64,000 nucleotides of DNA from IMG/VR virus record IMGVR_UViG_2623620512_000004, positions 1 to 64,000 of that record. One strand, 5' to 3'. Each line of letters opens with the position of its first letter. Positions within the stretch are counted from its first letter, which is position 1. The DNA is from a virus (lineage: Duplodnaviria > Caudoviricetes). The notes below the pieces were generated by a model. The model was not told the DNA's origin and did no database searches. It saw only the letters and a list, made by a program, of their open reading frames with translations. Of the stretch, positions 19,271-29,509 are shown in pieces. The position numbers were made by a program, and so were the translations under genes.

Positions 19271-22200
19271 TTATAGATTTTTGGTGTTGTTGACAATATC
19301 ATCAAGTTTCTCTCCGAACTCGTTATACAACAGCTTCGCATACTTCACGACATCCTCCAGATAGGAGTTGGTCATGATCATCAAATTGCGAATCTCTATA
19401 ACGGCTCCGTTGGTGCTTCCAGAGAAGGCTGCGAGGCTGTTCATGGTAGCCACAACAACGAGCATCTGAGCACTGATGTTCTCACCTGCTATCTGGACGG
19501 CAGTGAAGCGTCCGCTCAGTTCCTCGCCCAAGTCCTGCGACATAGCATTGAAGCCCTTAGAACTGGCTTCCTGCTCATAGGTGTCCGCATAGCCTGTAAT
19601 CTGGGCGGCTTGGTCACGGACTTCCATAGCCTGCTTGACAAGGGCCTCATACTCTCTCTGGAGGTCTGCCAGTTCTGTTTCGCTGAGAGTGTTGTCATTC
19701 TCCAGATACTTACCCCACTTAATCTGCCACTTCTTGATAGCATCGTTCAGTCCAGAGGTGGCCATGAAGGAATCCATCAAGGAATCAGTCATCATCTTGG
19801 CAAAGTCATTGGTGAAGTCCTTGGCATCACTCTTCATATCCATCATCTTGCTCTTGAAGTCGCTACGCAAGTCATCGAAGGACATATTCGTCAGAGTGGC
19901 ATAGAACTCTGAAATGATTTCGGTGTCTCTCTCAGCAAGGTCACCGATGGCCTCCAGATAGTTCTTGACCTCGGTAGGATTCCTCTCTGAATCCACGTCA
20001 CCGAAGTAGTCAGCCCAAGCGTTACCTGCATAGGTACGGAGTATCTGAATATCCTTGGCAGAGAGACCTACTACATCACCTGCGCTGCCTACCATTGTGG
20101 TTGAGCCGTGCTGTGCCAGGACACTGTTGAAACGGTTATAGTCGAAGCCGGAATCATTTCGCTTGTAGTACCAAGAGTGATAGCCCTTATCAGAATCTCC
20201 TGCTATCAAGTCTGCAGAACCTCTGTTGGACGCTATCTGTCCTTGCAGAGCGGAGAGGGCGGCATCACGTTCTCTGGCCGCATCGGATGGAGATTTGGTC
20301 TTATCCTTCATCTTCTCGGTCAACTGCTGAACAGCATACGTGTTGGCCTCGATTTTGGTTTTCCAATCCTCCAGTTCCTTCTTATACTCTTCCTCATGGC
20401 TCTTACCTCCGAAGATGCTTCCTGCAAGTCCGAAAGTAACGAGGTTGGCCACACCGTCTATGACTGAGCCGATGATGTTGGCAACACCCTCCAGGACGGC
20501 AGGGACTATATCAGTAAGGAGTTGACTGAGTATCTTATCAATGACGTCAGCTATCTTGTCAAGAATGTTGGTGATGAATCCTGCGGGGTCATCACCAAGG
20601 GCATCAACAATCTGTAGGATGGCACCGATAAGACCACCTGTCTTTCCTCCTATGGCTCCTACAAGGCCATCTGCTGCCTTGCCTGTCTTACTGGTGAGCG
20701 AGTTTATCACTCCTGCAACACCGTTGGCGAATCCAGAGAGCGTTCCAGAGGTGAGGTTTCCAAGGGTGGTCTGGAAGTCCTGCAGGCCCTTCGTGGCTGC
20801 ATCAGTAGCCGTGTGGAGGTTCTGGTTAGCCTCATCCTTGGCTGCACCAGTGCTCTCGACTGTTCCTGCACTCTCTTCAACTGCTTGCTTGGCCAGATCT
20901 ACCTTCATCTGCGCTACAGCCTGTGCAGTAGGAGTGGTAGCCTCTGCCAGTTCCTTCTCGGCACTGATGAGTATATCAACGGCATTCTTATGGGTCTCTT
21001 GGGCTGCAAGGAAATCCTTGACCCTCTGTTTGTACTGCTCCGTGAGTTTGCCGATGTCATTCCATGTGGATGCAGCGAGAGGTGACTTACCTTCAATGCC
21101 TCCTGCCTGCTGCAACTGAGAGACAAGGTCTTGGTATGACTTCTTATCAGCAGCACCCAAACCTTTGTACTCATCGGTTTTCATGTACTCCTTGACCTTG
21201 GAGAGTCTTTCCTTGGCGATACCTTCCAGTACGTTGCCGATGCCGGAGAAAGTCTGGTTCCAGTCTATGCTCATTGCGAGGGACTGAGCGTTGACAGACG
21301 AAAGAGCACTCTTCTTTTCTGCTTCGAGGGCCTTCTTGCGTATATCGCTCTTTTCCTTGGCAATCTTCTCATCGTATTCCTTGGTGATGGCGTAACGCTG
21401 TTGCTCTATCGTGCCGTATTCCTTAAGGTAGTTGTACAAGTCCTGCAACTCCGATGCGGCCAGTTCTGCCTTGGAGCGTTTGTACTGCTCCAGATTGGCG
21501 TTCAACTGTGCTTCGTAGTTCTGGGTCTCTGCGTCAGAGTATGAGGTGTCAACAGTGGATTCATCGAATACCTTGTTATTGTTGGCAGGATTGGCTTCCC
21601 AGAGTTTTCGGGCTTCGTCAATCTTCTTCTGCTTCAAGTCCTCATAGGCACGTTCTATCTCAGTCTTACGCTTCTCGAAGTCGAGTTGGATTTGGCGCAT
21701 GGTCTTATCATTGCCATCCTCCATAGCGTCAATCTCGGCCTGTGTGGTCGAGTGCTGAATATCAACAGCAGCCCTCGCATTATCCTGCTTCTGCTTTTCA
21801 AGGAGGTCATTGAACTTCTGGAGGGCTTTCATTCTACGGATGCGCTCGTTCTCTTCCTTGTTCTCCCTCTTAGTGGGGTCTGAACCAAGGGCTTTCTTTG
21901 CAGCACTGACAGCGGCATCAAGTCTCTTGCGCTCATTGTCACGCTCTTCCTTGGTGTACTTCTTGTCTTTGTACTTACCCTTGCCCTGCTCGAAGTCAGA
22001 GAGTTCCTTCTTGGCGGCTGTGAGGTTTTTCCTTAGTTCCTTCTGCCACTCCGCAGAAGTCTTGACGATGGTAGGTGTATCGGCTTCCCAATGGCCACCT
22101 GCCAGAGATACCATATCCTCTACCCAGTGCATACCATCCTTGCCTTCCTTGGCGGCATCTGCCCCATTCTTGGCCTTTTCATAGTTCATGCGGATGGTGA

Positions 22201-24058
22201 AGGGTATTTGAGTAACACCCATACTGATGAAGCCGTTACGCATCTGGATAAGTTCATCCAACATCTTCTGCTTCTCTTCAGCAGCGAGTTTCAGCTTCAT
22301 GTCGATAGGATTCTGCTCAGACTTTTCCTTTAAGTCCTTGACCTCCTTCTCGATGGTTGCTACATAGTCATCGAAGTTCTGGACGGCTTTCGAGTAGTCC
22401 TGCTCATTGATGGCAGTCTCTACTTCATGGGCCAGAGAGATAGCCCTGTCATAGAAATTCAAGATGGCTTGCTTGGATTCAGTATTTTCGTTGGCCTCCT
22501 TGACACGGATTTCTATAGGCTTGTTCTTCTCGGCAATCTCCTTGCGTCTGTTCTCTATCTCTTCAAGGGCTTTCCTTGCCTCCCTAAGTCCTGCGATGGC
22601 TGCGTTAAGGTCTTTCTCTTGGAATACCTTCGTCAGCTTCTCGATGAGGCCACCACCGCCAAAGGCGTTGAGGGTATCGTTAGCCTTCTTGACCTCTGCC
22701 TCCCATTGCTTAACCTGCTGAATGGTTTGACTATATTCAGCCTCATCCATGATGTCATTGATGTGCTTCTGAGCGTCACCAAAGTCCATAACGGCTACCT
22801 CTGCCTGTGTGTAGGCATTTGTCAGCGTAGGTGCTTCCTTGCTCAGATTCTCCCAAGCAAGGGCTTTCTCATAGTCCGTAGCGTTGGCATCCTGTACAGT
22901 CTGGATATATGAGGTGATACGGCTTTTCTGCTCTTCCAACTTGCCCTTGAACTCATCCATCTGTTCATTGGCTCTGCGTCTGGCCGCTGTCTCTGCATCC
23001 TCGGCTGTTGCCAACTTATAGATACCAAATGCCAGTCCAGCTACTGCCATCGTTGCAAGAACGTATGGGTTGGCCATGATGGTTTTATTCAAGAGGGCCT
23101 GTGCCTTTTCCTCTAATACGAGTGCTCCGTAATGAACTTTCTCGGCAGTTGTGAGGGCAAACAGGCCGACAGTCCTTGCCTTGTCAAGTGCGTTGGCTGT
23201 CATGAGGGCTGTTTTGTACAGGCCATAGGCTACAACGGCATCCTGTATGTACTTGGCCAACGTCTGGTAGTTATCAATAATCTCTGAGCCAATCTTGATA
23301 CCGCTGATAATCGTATCTTGGTACTTCTCGCCAATCTCATTCAGCATGGCATTGAAGTTATCCTCGAACTGGCCAATCTCAGCAGAAATATTCTCCATCA
23401 TCTCCAACTGGAGGTCATGGAACATACCACCTTCACCTGTAACATGGTCAAGTACCTTGTTCAGTTGCTCGAAGGTGACGGCAGTACCGCTTGCCTCTTC
23501 GCCCATCTGTTTCAGCACGTCCTTGATGACAACACCCTTGACGGCCCAACTCTGGATTCCCTGTGCGTCAACAACACCTGTACTCTTGGCTTTATTGTAG
23601 ATGGCCACCAAGTCCATGAGGTTTCCATGGGTGCCGACTGCGATATTCGATAACTGGTCAAGTTTGGGAATGATGGTGTCTATATCATGTCCGTAGGCTA
23701 TCATCTGCTGACTGGCATCAGCAAGGTCTTTAAACTCGAACATATTATAGTACGCATAGTCTTTCAACTGCTGTGTGAACTCAGCGGCTTTCTTCTCGTT
23801 GCCAAGGAACACCTTCATGCTCGATTCTATGTCTTGGAAGAAGGAGCGCATTTCTACGACCTTGCCAACAAATGCCTTAGCCTCTTGGAATGAGAAAGCG
23901 ATACCTGCAGCCGCTCCGATACGCTTGAACATATCTTCAATGCTCGCTCCGCTGTCCTCAACTTGACGCTGCATCTGCTTCACACCGCTCTGTACCTCGC
24001 CAAAGGATTGCAGAACGTTCCTGTTGTCACCTGTGATGTCAAACTTGATACCTGCCAT
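19271..24058 (-). CDS. Tape measure protein
   Basis: 1595 aa, coiled-coil A/K/E-rich, tape-measure N-terminal domain, position after chaperone. Confidence 0.9.
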   Translation of the reverse strand: MAGIKFDITGDNRNVLQSFGEVQSGVKQMQRQVEDSGASIEDMFKRIGAAAGIAFSFQEAKAFVGKVVEMRSFFQDIESSMKVFLGNEKKAAEFTQQLKDYAYYNMFEFKDLADASQQMIAYGHDIDTIIPKLDQLSNIAVGTHGNLMDLVAIYNKAKSTGVVDAQGIQSWAVKGVVIKDVLKQMGEEASGTAVTFEQLNKVLDHVTGEGGMFHDLQLEMMENISAEIGQFEDNFNAMLNEIGEKYQDTIISGIKIGSEIIDNYQTLAKYIQDAVVAYGLYKTALMTANALDKARTVGLFALTTAEKVHYGALVLEEKAQALLNKTIMANPYVLATMAVAGLAFGIYKLATAEDAETAARRRANEQMDEFKGKLEEQKSRITSYIQTVQDANATDYEKALAWENLSKEAPTLTNAYTQAEVAVMDFGDAQKHINDIMDEAEYSQTIQQVKQWEAEVKKANDTLNAFGGGGLIEKLTKVFQEKDLNAAIAGLREARKALEEIENRRKEIAEKNKPIEIRVKEANENTESKQAILNFYDRAISLAHEVETAINEQDYSKAVQNFDDYVATIEKEVKDLKEKSEQNPIDMKLKLAAEEKQKMLDELIQMRNGFISMGVTQIPFTIRMNYEKAKNGADAAKEGKDGMHWVEDMVSLAGGHWEADTPTIVKTSAEWQKELRKNLTAAKKELSDFEQGKGKYKDKKYTKEERDNERKRLDAAVSAAKKALGSDPTKRENKEENERIRRMKALQKFNDLLEKQKQDNARAAVDIQHSTTQAEIDAMEDGNDKTMRQIQLDFEKRKTEIERAYEDLKQKKIDEARKLWEANPANNNKVFDESTVDTSYSDAETQNYEAQLNANLEQYKRSKAELAASELQDLYNYLKEYGTIEQQRYAITKEYDEKIAKEKSDIRKKALEAEKKSALSSVNAQSLAMSIDWNQTFSGIGNVLEGIAKERLSKVKEYMKTDEYKGLGAADKKSYQDLVSQLQQAGGIEGKSPLAASTWNDIGKLTEQYKQRVKDFLAAQETHKNAVDILISAEKELAEATTPTAQAVAQMKVDLAKQAVEESAGTVESTGAAKDEANQNLHTATDAATKGLQDFQTTLGNLTSGTLSGFANGVAGVINSLTSKTGKAADGLVGAIGGKTGGLIGAILQIVDALGDDPAGFITNILDKIADVIDKILSQLLTDIVPAVLEGVANIIGSVIDGVANLVTFGLAGSIFGGKSHEEEYKKELEDWKTKIEANTYAVQQLTEKMKDKTKSPSDAARERDAALSALQGQIASNRGSADLIAGDSDKGYHSWYYKRNDSGFDYNRFNSVLAQHGSTTMVGSAGDVVGLSAKDIQILRTYAGNAWADYFGDVDSERNPTEVKNYLEAIGDLAERDTEIISEFYATLTNMSFDDLRSDFKSKMMDMKSDAKDFTNDFAKMMTDSLMDSFMATSGLNDAIKKWQIKWGKYLENDNTLSETELADLQREYEALVKQAMEVRDQAAQITGYADTYEQEASSKGFNAMSQDLGEELSGRFTAVQIAGENISAQMLVVVATMNSLAAFSGSTNGAVIEIRNLMIMTNSYLEDVVKYAKLLYNEFGEKLDDIVNNTKNL

Positions 24059-24362
24059 GATCTATTTTTACTTCAATTTTCTATTCAGTGCCAAAAATTG
24101 GCTTCGTGTAGTTCGCTGTGTTCGCCGTTTAACATTTGCTTGGATAAGTTATATGTTTGGACGTGCGAAAATCGCGTAGCGGACTTTAAAATTCGTTTTG
24201 AACCTTGGAGCAACGTGCGAAGTGTTAAAATGGTGCTTTGACCACCTTTTTGACTGCCATTTTCACGGCCATCCTTTTTTAGTGTCACTTTTGTCACACG
24301 CTGCCACCCCCACCTGCATCAGTTTTTATCGTATTATTATGGCAAAGTGGTGGGGGCGGCTG

Positions 24363-25076
24363 TTAACTCCAATTGCCCTCTCTGATGATGTCATCCATCT
24401 GCTGTGCATCATTGCCGTCAATGGACTTACCATCAATGGGTACGTGGCATCTTTTTGCCTCTTCATCCGTGAGGTATATGGACTTGACGCTATCTCTCAG
24501 CATCATCTGGAGGTTGGTGTAGGATATTTCCCAAACCACATAGTCAAACGTCCATCCGTAGCGTTCACACGCCTGGTCAATGATGGAGCCATACACGCTC
24601 ACGCCTCCGAACTGATAAGTATTCTTATTCTTCTTGCACCTGTTGACCTCCTTCATGCGTTCCAGTTCCTTGTCAATCTTGGTATGCTTCATGAAGTCGG
24701 CCAGTTTCTCCCATGTGAGACAGAGAATGAGCAGGGTGGCCATGTCCTCTTTTCCAAGTTCCTTTTCGAGAAGGTTCTTTCTGGTGGTCACTACTCTAGA
24801 ATCATTGACTTCCTTCTTTGTCTTTAGGGTGTGATAGGTAAGGAGCAACAGGCAGTCATCCTTGTGTATCTCTACCAGACGCAGGGCTTCCGCAAAGGGG
24901 TTTATTTGGAGGTTTCTTGCGTTTATCTCCAACTGCTCTACGATTCTCTGGGTTAGGAACATCTTACCCAAGGTGACAGGCCATAAATAGAAATGTCGGT
25001 GCCCTGCTGTAAATCCTTTCGGACGGTCTAACACGGCATCGACAATATCATATACTATGTTGTCTTTCTCGTTCAT
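24363..25076 (-). CDS. Tail assembly chaperone
   Basis: Between major tail protein and TMP; GWTFDYVVWEISYTNL motif. Confidence 0.65.
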   Translation of the reverse strand: MNEKDNIVYDIVDAVLDRPKGFTAGHRHFYLWPVTLGKMFLTQRIVEQLEINARNLQINPFAEALRLVEIHKDDCLLLLTYHTLKTKKEVNDSRVVTTRKNLLEKELGKEDMATLLILCLTWEKLADFMKHTKIDKELERMKEVNRCKKNKNTYQFGGVSVYGSIIDQACERYGWTFDYVVWEISYTNLQMMLRDSVKSIYLTDEEAKRCHVPIDGKSIDGNDAQQMDDIIREGNWS

Positions 25077-25099
25077 ATTGTCAGCATCTTTGGTTTTTG

Positions 25100-25172
25100 T
25101 TGCGGTGAGTGGACTCGAACCACTGACCTGTAGTGTATGAGGCTACCGCGCTACCATCTGCGCCACACCGCG
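25100..25172 (-). tRNA. tRNA-Met (CAT), initiator-like acceptor stem
   Basis: Cloverleaf CGCGGTG...CACCGCAA, D arm GCGC/GCGC, loop CTCATAC, T arm AGTGG-TTCGAGT-CCACT; no encoded CCA. Confidence 0.85.
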
Positions 25173-25218
25173 ATATTTGCCGCCTGTTGACCCAAGGCGG
25201 CAGGAGGGATAGGAGAGA

Positions 25219-25893
25219 CTACGAACGAGCGTAGTAGGTGGTTCCTTCGACAACAGCGGTGTCCTCGGCCAACAGGTAGCGAGTACCGTTCTTGATATAC
25301 CAGCCTTCCGCAGAAGGATTCTTACTGGAATATCCAGTGCTTTCGGGGTCAACTGCTGTGAATGTTGCAGAGGTTGATTCAGTGTCAACGTCCGTAAAGA
25401 CGATGGCATTGTCAGCAATCTCGGCACCTTCCTCATACGTAGAGAGGTCGATGTTAATCTTGGCCCACTTAACAGTGTTGCCGCTTGCGGGCTTCAGTGC
25501 ATCGTGGGTGTAGGTCAACTGACCACCGTCCGTAGTATCGAAGGGGTCCTCCAGAGTGACAACGGTGAGGTCGAGTTTCGGACCAGGAACATTGACGTTC
25601 TCGGGCTGCACAAAGACAGCATAACGGTGAGCGACAACACCATCAACATCAGTGAAGGGCTTCTTACGCTCAGTGTTTCTGCGGATAGTGTAGGCGAGTT
25701 CGTACTTGTTCTTGCCGTACTTCACGTCCTCGTTCTCACCACCTTCGATGGTGGCTTCCTTCTTGTCACCCTTGGTAGGTGTCAACTGCGTGGAATCTTC
25801 TTTCGGGGTGGGGAGCAGAATCCACTTTGCTCCAACAGTATCAAGGTCCTTGACGATGATAAAACATTTACCCCAACCAATCGGCTTATTCAT
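25219..25893 (-). CDS. Major tail protein
   Basis: IGWGK...TPKEDSTQLTPTKGDKKEA.IEGGE pattern and synteny. Confidence 0.75.
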   Translation of the reverse strand: MNKPIGWGKCFIIVKDLDTVGAKWILLPTPKEDSTQLTPTKGDKKEATIEGGENEDVKYGKNKYELAYTIRRNTERKKPFTDVDGVVAHRYAVFVQPENVNVPGPKLDLTVVTLEDPFDTTDGGQLTYTHDALKPASGNTVKWAKINIDLSTYEEGAEIADNAIVFTDVDTESTSATFTAVDPESTGYSSKNPSAEGWYIKNGTRYLLAEDTAVVEGTTYYARS

Positions 25894-25897
25894 TGTA

Positions 25898-26311
25898 CTA
25901 TTCGTTTATGATTTGATACAACAGCTTGTTATTGATGATGTGGCACTGAGAGCCGGAATCCTCAATGACCCTCTGGCCACACTCATACTTAGAATCTGAT
26001 ATGGAAAGGCGAAAGTCATTGCCCCTAACGTTCTCGAAGAGACTGAAGGACTTCTCGCAGAGCGTTCGCAGTCTGGGAGAATCTTCCTCCAGTTGCCCAT
26101 TGATATTCTTATCGGGAACATAGACGTTGACGTTTACATAAGCCATCTGGGCCTGCTTGGTCTCGTTGGCGAGGATGGAAATGACAATATCCTCCTTCTT
26201 CGAGTTGTGCGGTCTCTTACGCTTGCTCAACTCCCCATTAACAGCCAAATGCAAGGGGGTGTCGAGAATGACATTGTAAATATCGTCTTTGATGTCGATG
26301 TCTGATTTCAT
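25898..26311 (-). CDS. Tail terminator / completion protein
   Basis: Synteny; EDIVIS...VNVNVYVPD. Confidence 0.6.
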   Translation of the reverse strand: MKSDIDIKDDIYNVILDTPLHLAVNGELSKRKRPHNSKKEDIVISILANETKQAQMAYVNVNVYVPDKNINGQLEEDSPRLRTLCEKSFSLFENVRGNDFRLSISDSKYECGQRVIEDSGSQCHIINNKLLYQIINE

Positions 26312-26790
26312 AACTTTAGGGCATTTATCTTCTTGATGGCTGATTCCTTGGCTCTCTGGAGGCGTTTTTCAACCTCGGCCTTAGCCCAGAGTTCAGTAGA
26401 GGCGAGAACGTCCTTGCCTTCTATCGCTTCAACATACTCCGCATAGTTCATGGCTGCGATAACGACCAGAGCAAACACATTGGAATACTCCTTGGCCAGT
26501 TCCTTCACCATCCGCTTACCTTCCTGTGAACCAGTGCTGCCGCCCTTGATCGTCTCGAAAGCAGAGGAAATCTGCTCAAAGCCGTAGTCGTAGATGGCAT
26601 AGCCGATAGATGAGCGCAGGTTGGACGTGTGGTCATACCAACTTTCGTCCTGTGAGCGGTCTCGGATTTTTACCACACATTCCTCACCAAGTTTGGCGAA
26701 GGCCATGAAAATCTCCCTCTGGATAATCTCGAAAGACTTCTTGAAAAAGGCTTCGATGGCGGCTTGTGGAGTGGTCATCCTTACACCCAT
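26308..26790 (-). CDS. HK97 gp10-like neck protein
   Basis: DHTSNLRSSIGY and AAMNYAEYVE motifs. Confidence 0.7.
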   Translation of the reverse strand: MGVRMTTPQAAIEAFFKKSFEIIQREIFMAFAKLGEECVVKIRDRSQDESWYDHTSNLRSSIGYAIYDYGFEQISSAFETIKGGSTGSQEGKRMVKELAKEYSNVFALVVIAAMNYAEYVEAIEGKDVLASTELWAKAEVEKRLQRAKESAIKKINALKL

Positions 26791-27125
26791 ATCTTACACT
26801 GCATCTGGTAGCGGTGAAATCCCTTTACGGTAAACTCTCTCACATCGTCATTGCTGCCGAACATCTTGACACGGATTCTATCTCCGTACTTGAAGTCCCT
26901 GCATGACCTTGGCAGTCCATAGATGGTGTATGAATATGTCTCTACCTGTCCGTCTGGAATGGGAATGGTGTTGGCCTGTCCTGCAGGTACGATGTCGCAC
27001 TTACAGTAGTCCGTTACCCATTGTTCCGTTCCTGCCACCCAGTCACCAGTAGTACGGTCATTGTGACCTTCCGAAACGGCTTCAAGGTATTCAAGGACGT
27101 GTGCAGATAAATCCAGTACTGCCAT
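26781..27125 (-). CDS. Head closure protein
   Basis: Synteny and size. Confidence 0.55.
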   Translation of the reverse strand: MAVLDLSAHVLEYLEAVSEGHNDRTTGDWVAGTEQWVTDYCKCDIVPAGQANTIPIPDGQVETYSYTIYGLPRSCRDFKYGDRIRVKMFGSNDDVREFTVKGFHRYQMQCKIWV

Positions 27126-27129
27126 CTTA

Positions 27130-27456
27130 TCAGCCTCCTATATAGACCATCGGTGCGCCTTGAACAGGCTCTTCACCGATGGCTTCATAAAGGTTATTGA
27201 TGCGGAAGAGCAGCCGTTCCTTATCCTTGTCAGTCAGTGTGCCTACGCTCTTATCTGATTCGTGAACGGAGACGGCTTGCAGAAGCGAGTAGAGACAGTC
27301 AGCCAGAGCACCCTTGAACTCCTTTGACTGAGAGACCTCATAGGTGTATTCATCCGTCTCAGTCAGCTGTCGCTCAATGATGGTGTTCTCTACGAACCCA
27401 ATGGGTATCGGGTAGTGGATGGCATCTATCAGTGCCTGTTTGACTGTCTTTGCCAT
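27130..27456 (-). CDS. Head-tail adaptor
   Basis: Synteny directly after MCP. Confidence 0.55.
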   Translation of the reverse strand: MAKTVKQALIDAIHYPIPIGFVENTIIERQLTETDEYTYEVSQSKEFKGALADCLYSLLQAVSVHESDKSVGTLTDKDKERLLFRINNLYEAIGEEPVQGAPMVYIGG

Positions 27457-27461
27457 ATCAA

Positions 27462-29039
27462 TTACGCATTAGCGGCCTGCTCAACTGCGATGGTAGCAGT
27501 CTTGGTGCCGACAGTTACGGTTACTACGCCAGTACGCTTAGGAGCACTGTCTGCGCTGTTAGCAGCGACCTTGACGGTCACCTTACCACTTGCATAGGAT
27601 GGAGTAATCCAAGCCTCATCAGCGGCTACAGTGGGCGTGTTGGTCTTATCGTTGGTGTCAACGACTACCTGCTGACCTGTGCTGTCAGCCTCCTTGGCGA
27701 AGGTCAGACTTGCAGGGGTGCAAACAGGGAAGTAGACAACCTTCTTCAACAGCTTCTTCTCATCAGCATCACTCAGAGAGTTAATGGCTGCGACAACCTT
27801 GTTATCGGAATCGGTAGCCTTCAACTTCTTGCCGAATGTGTTCAGAGCGGTAACCATTTCAGACTTGTTGTACTTCTTACCCTCGTAGTTTACGGTAACG
27901 TCCTGTGTATCGGCTTCCTCTGCGTCCTCATCGACCTCACCAGACTTGGTTTCGGTGCAGTCCAGAACGTAAATCTGGTCAACGTCCTCGATAACAGGAG
28001 CGACAAGAGCCTGACCGTTGGTGAACTCCTGCAGCGGGTCTGTCTTAGAGTACTTGCTAATCAGCTTGTAATCGTCAACAGTCGCATACTTGACACCGGG
28101 GACAGGACGTGAAGCCTCTGCCAGAGTACCCCAGACAAGAGAGCCAACTTCCTCGTTGCAGAGGAAAATGATACGCTCTGCGTTCCAAGGCTTGATGGAC
28201 TTCTGCTTACCATTCTTCTCGATGGTAACGGAACGGTCGACCTCTTCGAGTTTCATATCAAACTCATCCTCGAAGGCGGCAATGAACTTCTTCTTGCCAG
28301 GAACTTTGAGGGTAGTTGAATCGGTATAGACCTTATCCTCGGCATCAGCAACCAGTTCGCGAGCCCAACGCTCCTTGCGGATTTCGTTCAGCTTCGAGGT
28401 GGCCATCATGACCTTAACGATGGTGTTACCATCATCATCGGCCTTCTTCTTGATGTTCTCGAAGTCCTCGTAACTGACGTGACCCTTGACGATAGTACCG
28501 AAGGTGTTCTCTTCGAAGTAACCATAGTCAAGACGCAGACCAGTACCAGTGTTCTCTTCATCCTCGACAACTACGACACCTTCTGAAAGGGCGGTAAGGA
28601 AGTTAGCCTCGTTCTTCTCATCAATACCTACAGAGCAAGCGACAGCATCCTCAGTGAGGTTCTTGATGATACGAGCCTTCTCAGCCTTGCGGGCCTCATC
28701 AGTGGTTGCGGAGAGGTAGTGAGCCTTCATGATGTCGATGGTGTTCATTTCGGTCTCACGCATCTGCTTCTTCATACCTACCTTCGGCAGTTTGCCGTTC
28801 GAGGTAGCCAGACTACCACGCTTCTTGATGGGCAGTGGAGAATCCATAGCCACCATGTCAGCGGCTACATACGTAGTCTTAGCACTTGTGCCCTCCCACT
28901 TCTGGTCTGGAGAGTACACCTTGCGAAGCATCGTCTTGTGGAGATAGGTGCGCTTCTTAGGCTCAACTTTCTCCTTCACATACAGAGACAGCTTATTCCA
29001 AAGCCCTCTGATAAACTCAATGTAAAGTGATTCGTTCAT
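27462..29039 (-). CDS. Major capsid protein with C-terminal BACON/Ig-like domain
   Basis: VAADMVAMDSPLP.K.R capsid motif; C-terminus W.....VTVKVAAN....RTGVVTVTV.....I.VEQ. Confidence 0.8.
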   Translation of the reverse strand: MNESLYIEFIRGLWNKLSLYVKEKVEPKKRTYLHKTMLRKVYSPDQKWEGTSAKTTYVAADMVAMDSPLPIKKRGSLATSNGKLPKVGMKKQMRETEMNTIDIMKAHYLSATTDEARKAEKARIIKNLTEDAVACSVGIDEKNEANFLTALSEGVVVVEDEENTGTGLRLDYGYFEENTFGTIVKGHVSYEDFENIKKKADDDGNTIVKVMMATSKLNEIRKERWARELVADAEDKVYTDSTTLKVPGKKKFIAAFEDEFDMKLEEVDRSVTIEKNGKQKSIKPWNAERIIFLCNEEVGSLVWGTLAEASRPVPGVKYATVDDYKLISKYSKTDPLQEFTNGQALVAPVIEDVDQIYVLDCTETKSGEVDEDAEEADTQDVTVNYEGKKYNKSEMVTALNTFGKKLKATDSDNKVVAAINSLSDADEKKLLKKVVYFPVCTPASLTFAKEADSTGQQVVVDTNDKTNTPTVAADEAWITPSYASGKVTVKVAANSADSAPKRTGVVTVTVGTKTATIAVEQAANA

Positions 29040-29051
29040 GATCTAAAACTT

Positions 29052-29474
29052 TTAATCGTGTTCGAAAATGAGGTTAGGCAGAGCGGCCAGAACGGCTGCA
29101 CGCTGAGTGGCATCGGCAAACTGGTAAGGCATAGCCTCATCATTTACACGACCATCATCCATAATGCCGACCATTGCTTCATCGGCAGGCTTAGAGGCAA
29201 CTACGACACCTGCATACGAGTGGCTTGCAGGCAGCGAAGCGTAGTGAATACCGTCATCGGCAACAGGCATGGGCTTGAACGTGTAGTTCTTGCCGTCCTC
29301 ATCAAGGACTTTGATGACCAGATGGCCAGCCTTGATGGCGGTTCCTGTGAAGCCAGTCATATCGAGTGAGCGGCCACCAGTGATACCAGAACCATAATGA
29401 CGGATAACAACAGAATCAAGTTCAGCGACAACATTCATGCCGTTGAACTTTCCGAGATTGGTTTTTGCTCCCAT
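29052..29474 (-). CDS. Head decoration protein
   Basis: Position between scaffold and MCP; GGRSLD...IKAGH...YAGV pattern. Confidence 0.6.
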   Translation of the reverse strand: MGAKTNLGKFNGMNVVAELDSVVIRHYGSGITGGRSLDMTGFTGTAIKAGHLVIKVLDEDGKNYTFKPMPVADDGIHYASLPASHSYAGVVVASKPADEAMVGIMDDGRVNDEAMPYQFADATQRAAVLAALPNLIFEHD

Positions 29475-29509
29475 TGTTTCTTTTGGTTTTAATGTTTAAC
29501 TTAGGATGG

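Noticed and set aside
24300-24362. GC-rich inverted repeat between chaperone and TMP
   Set aside because: 12-bp stem with a long loop and no clear U-tract; function cannot be supported
24363-25076. Programmed frameshift in the tail assembly chaperone
   Set aside because: Single continuous ORF; no convincing slippery site or second frame seen
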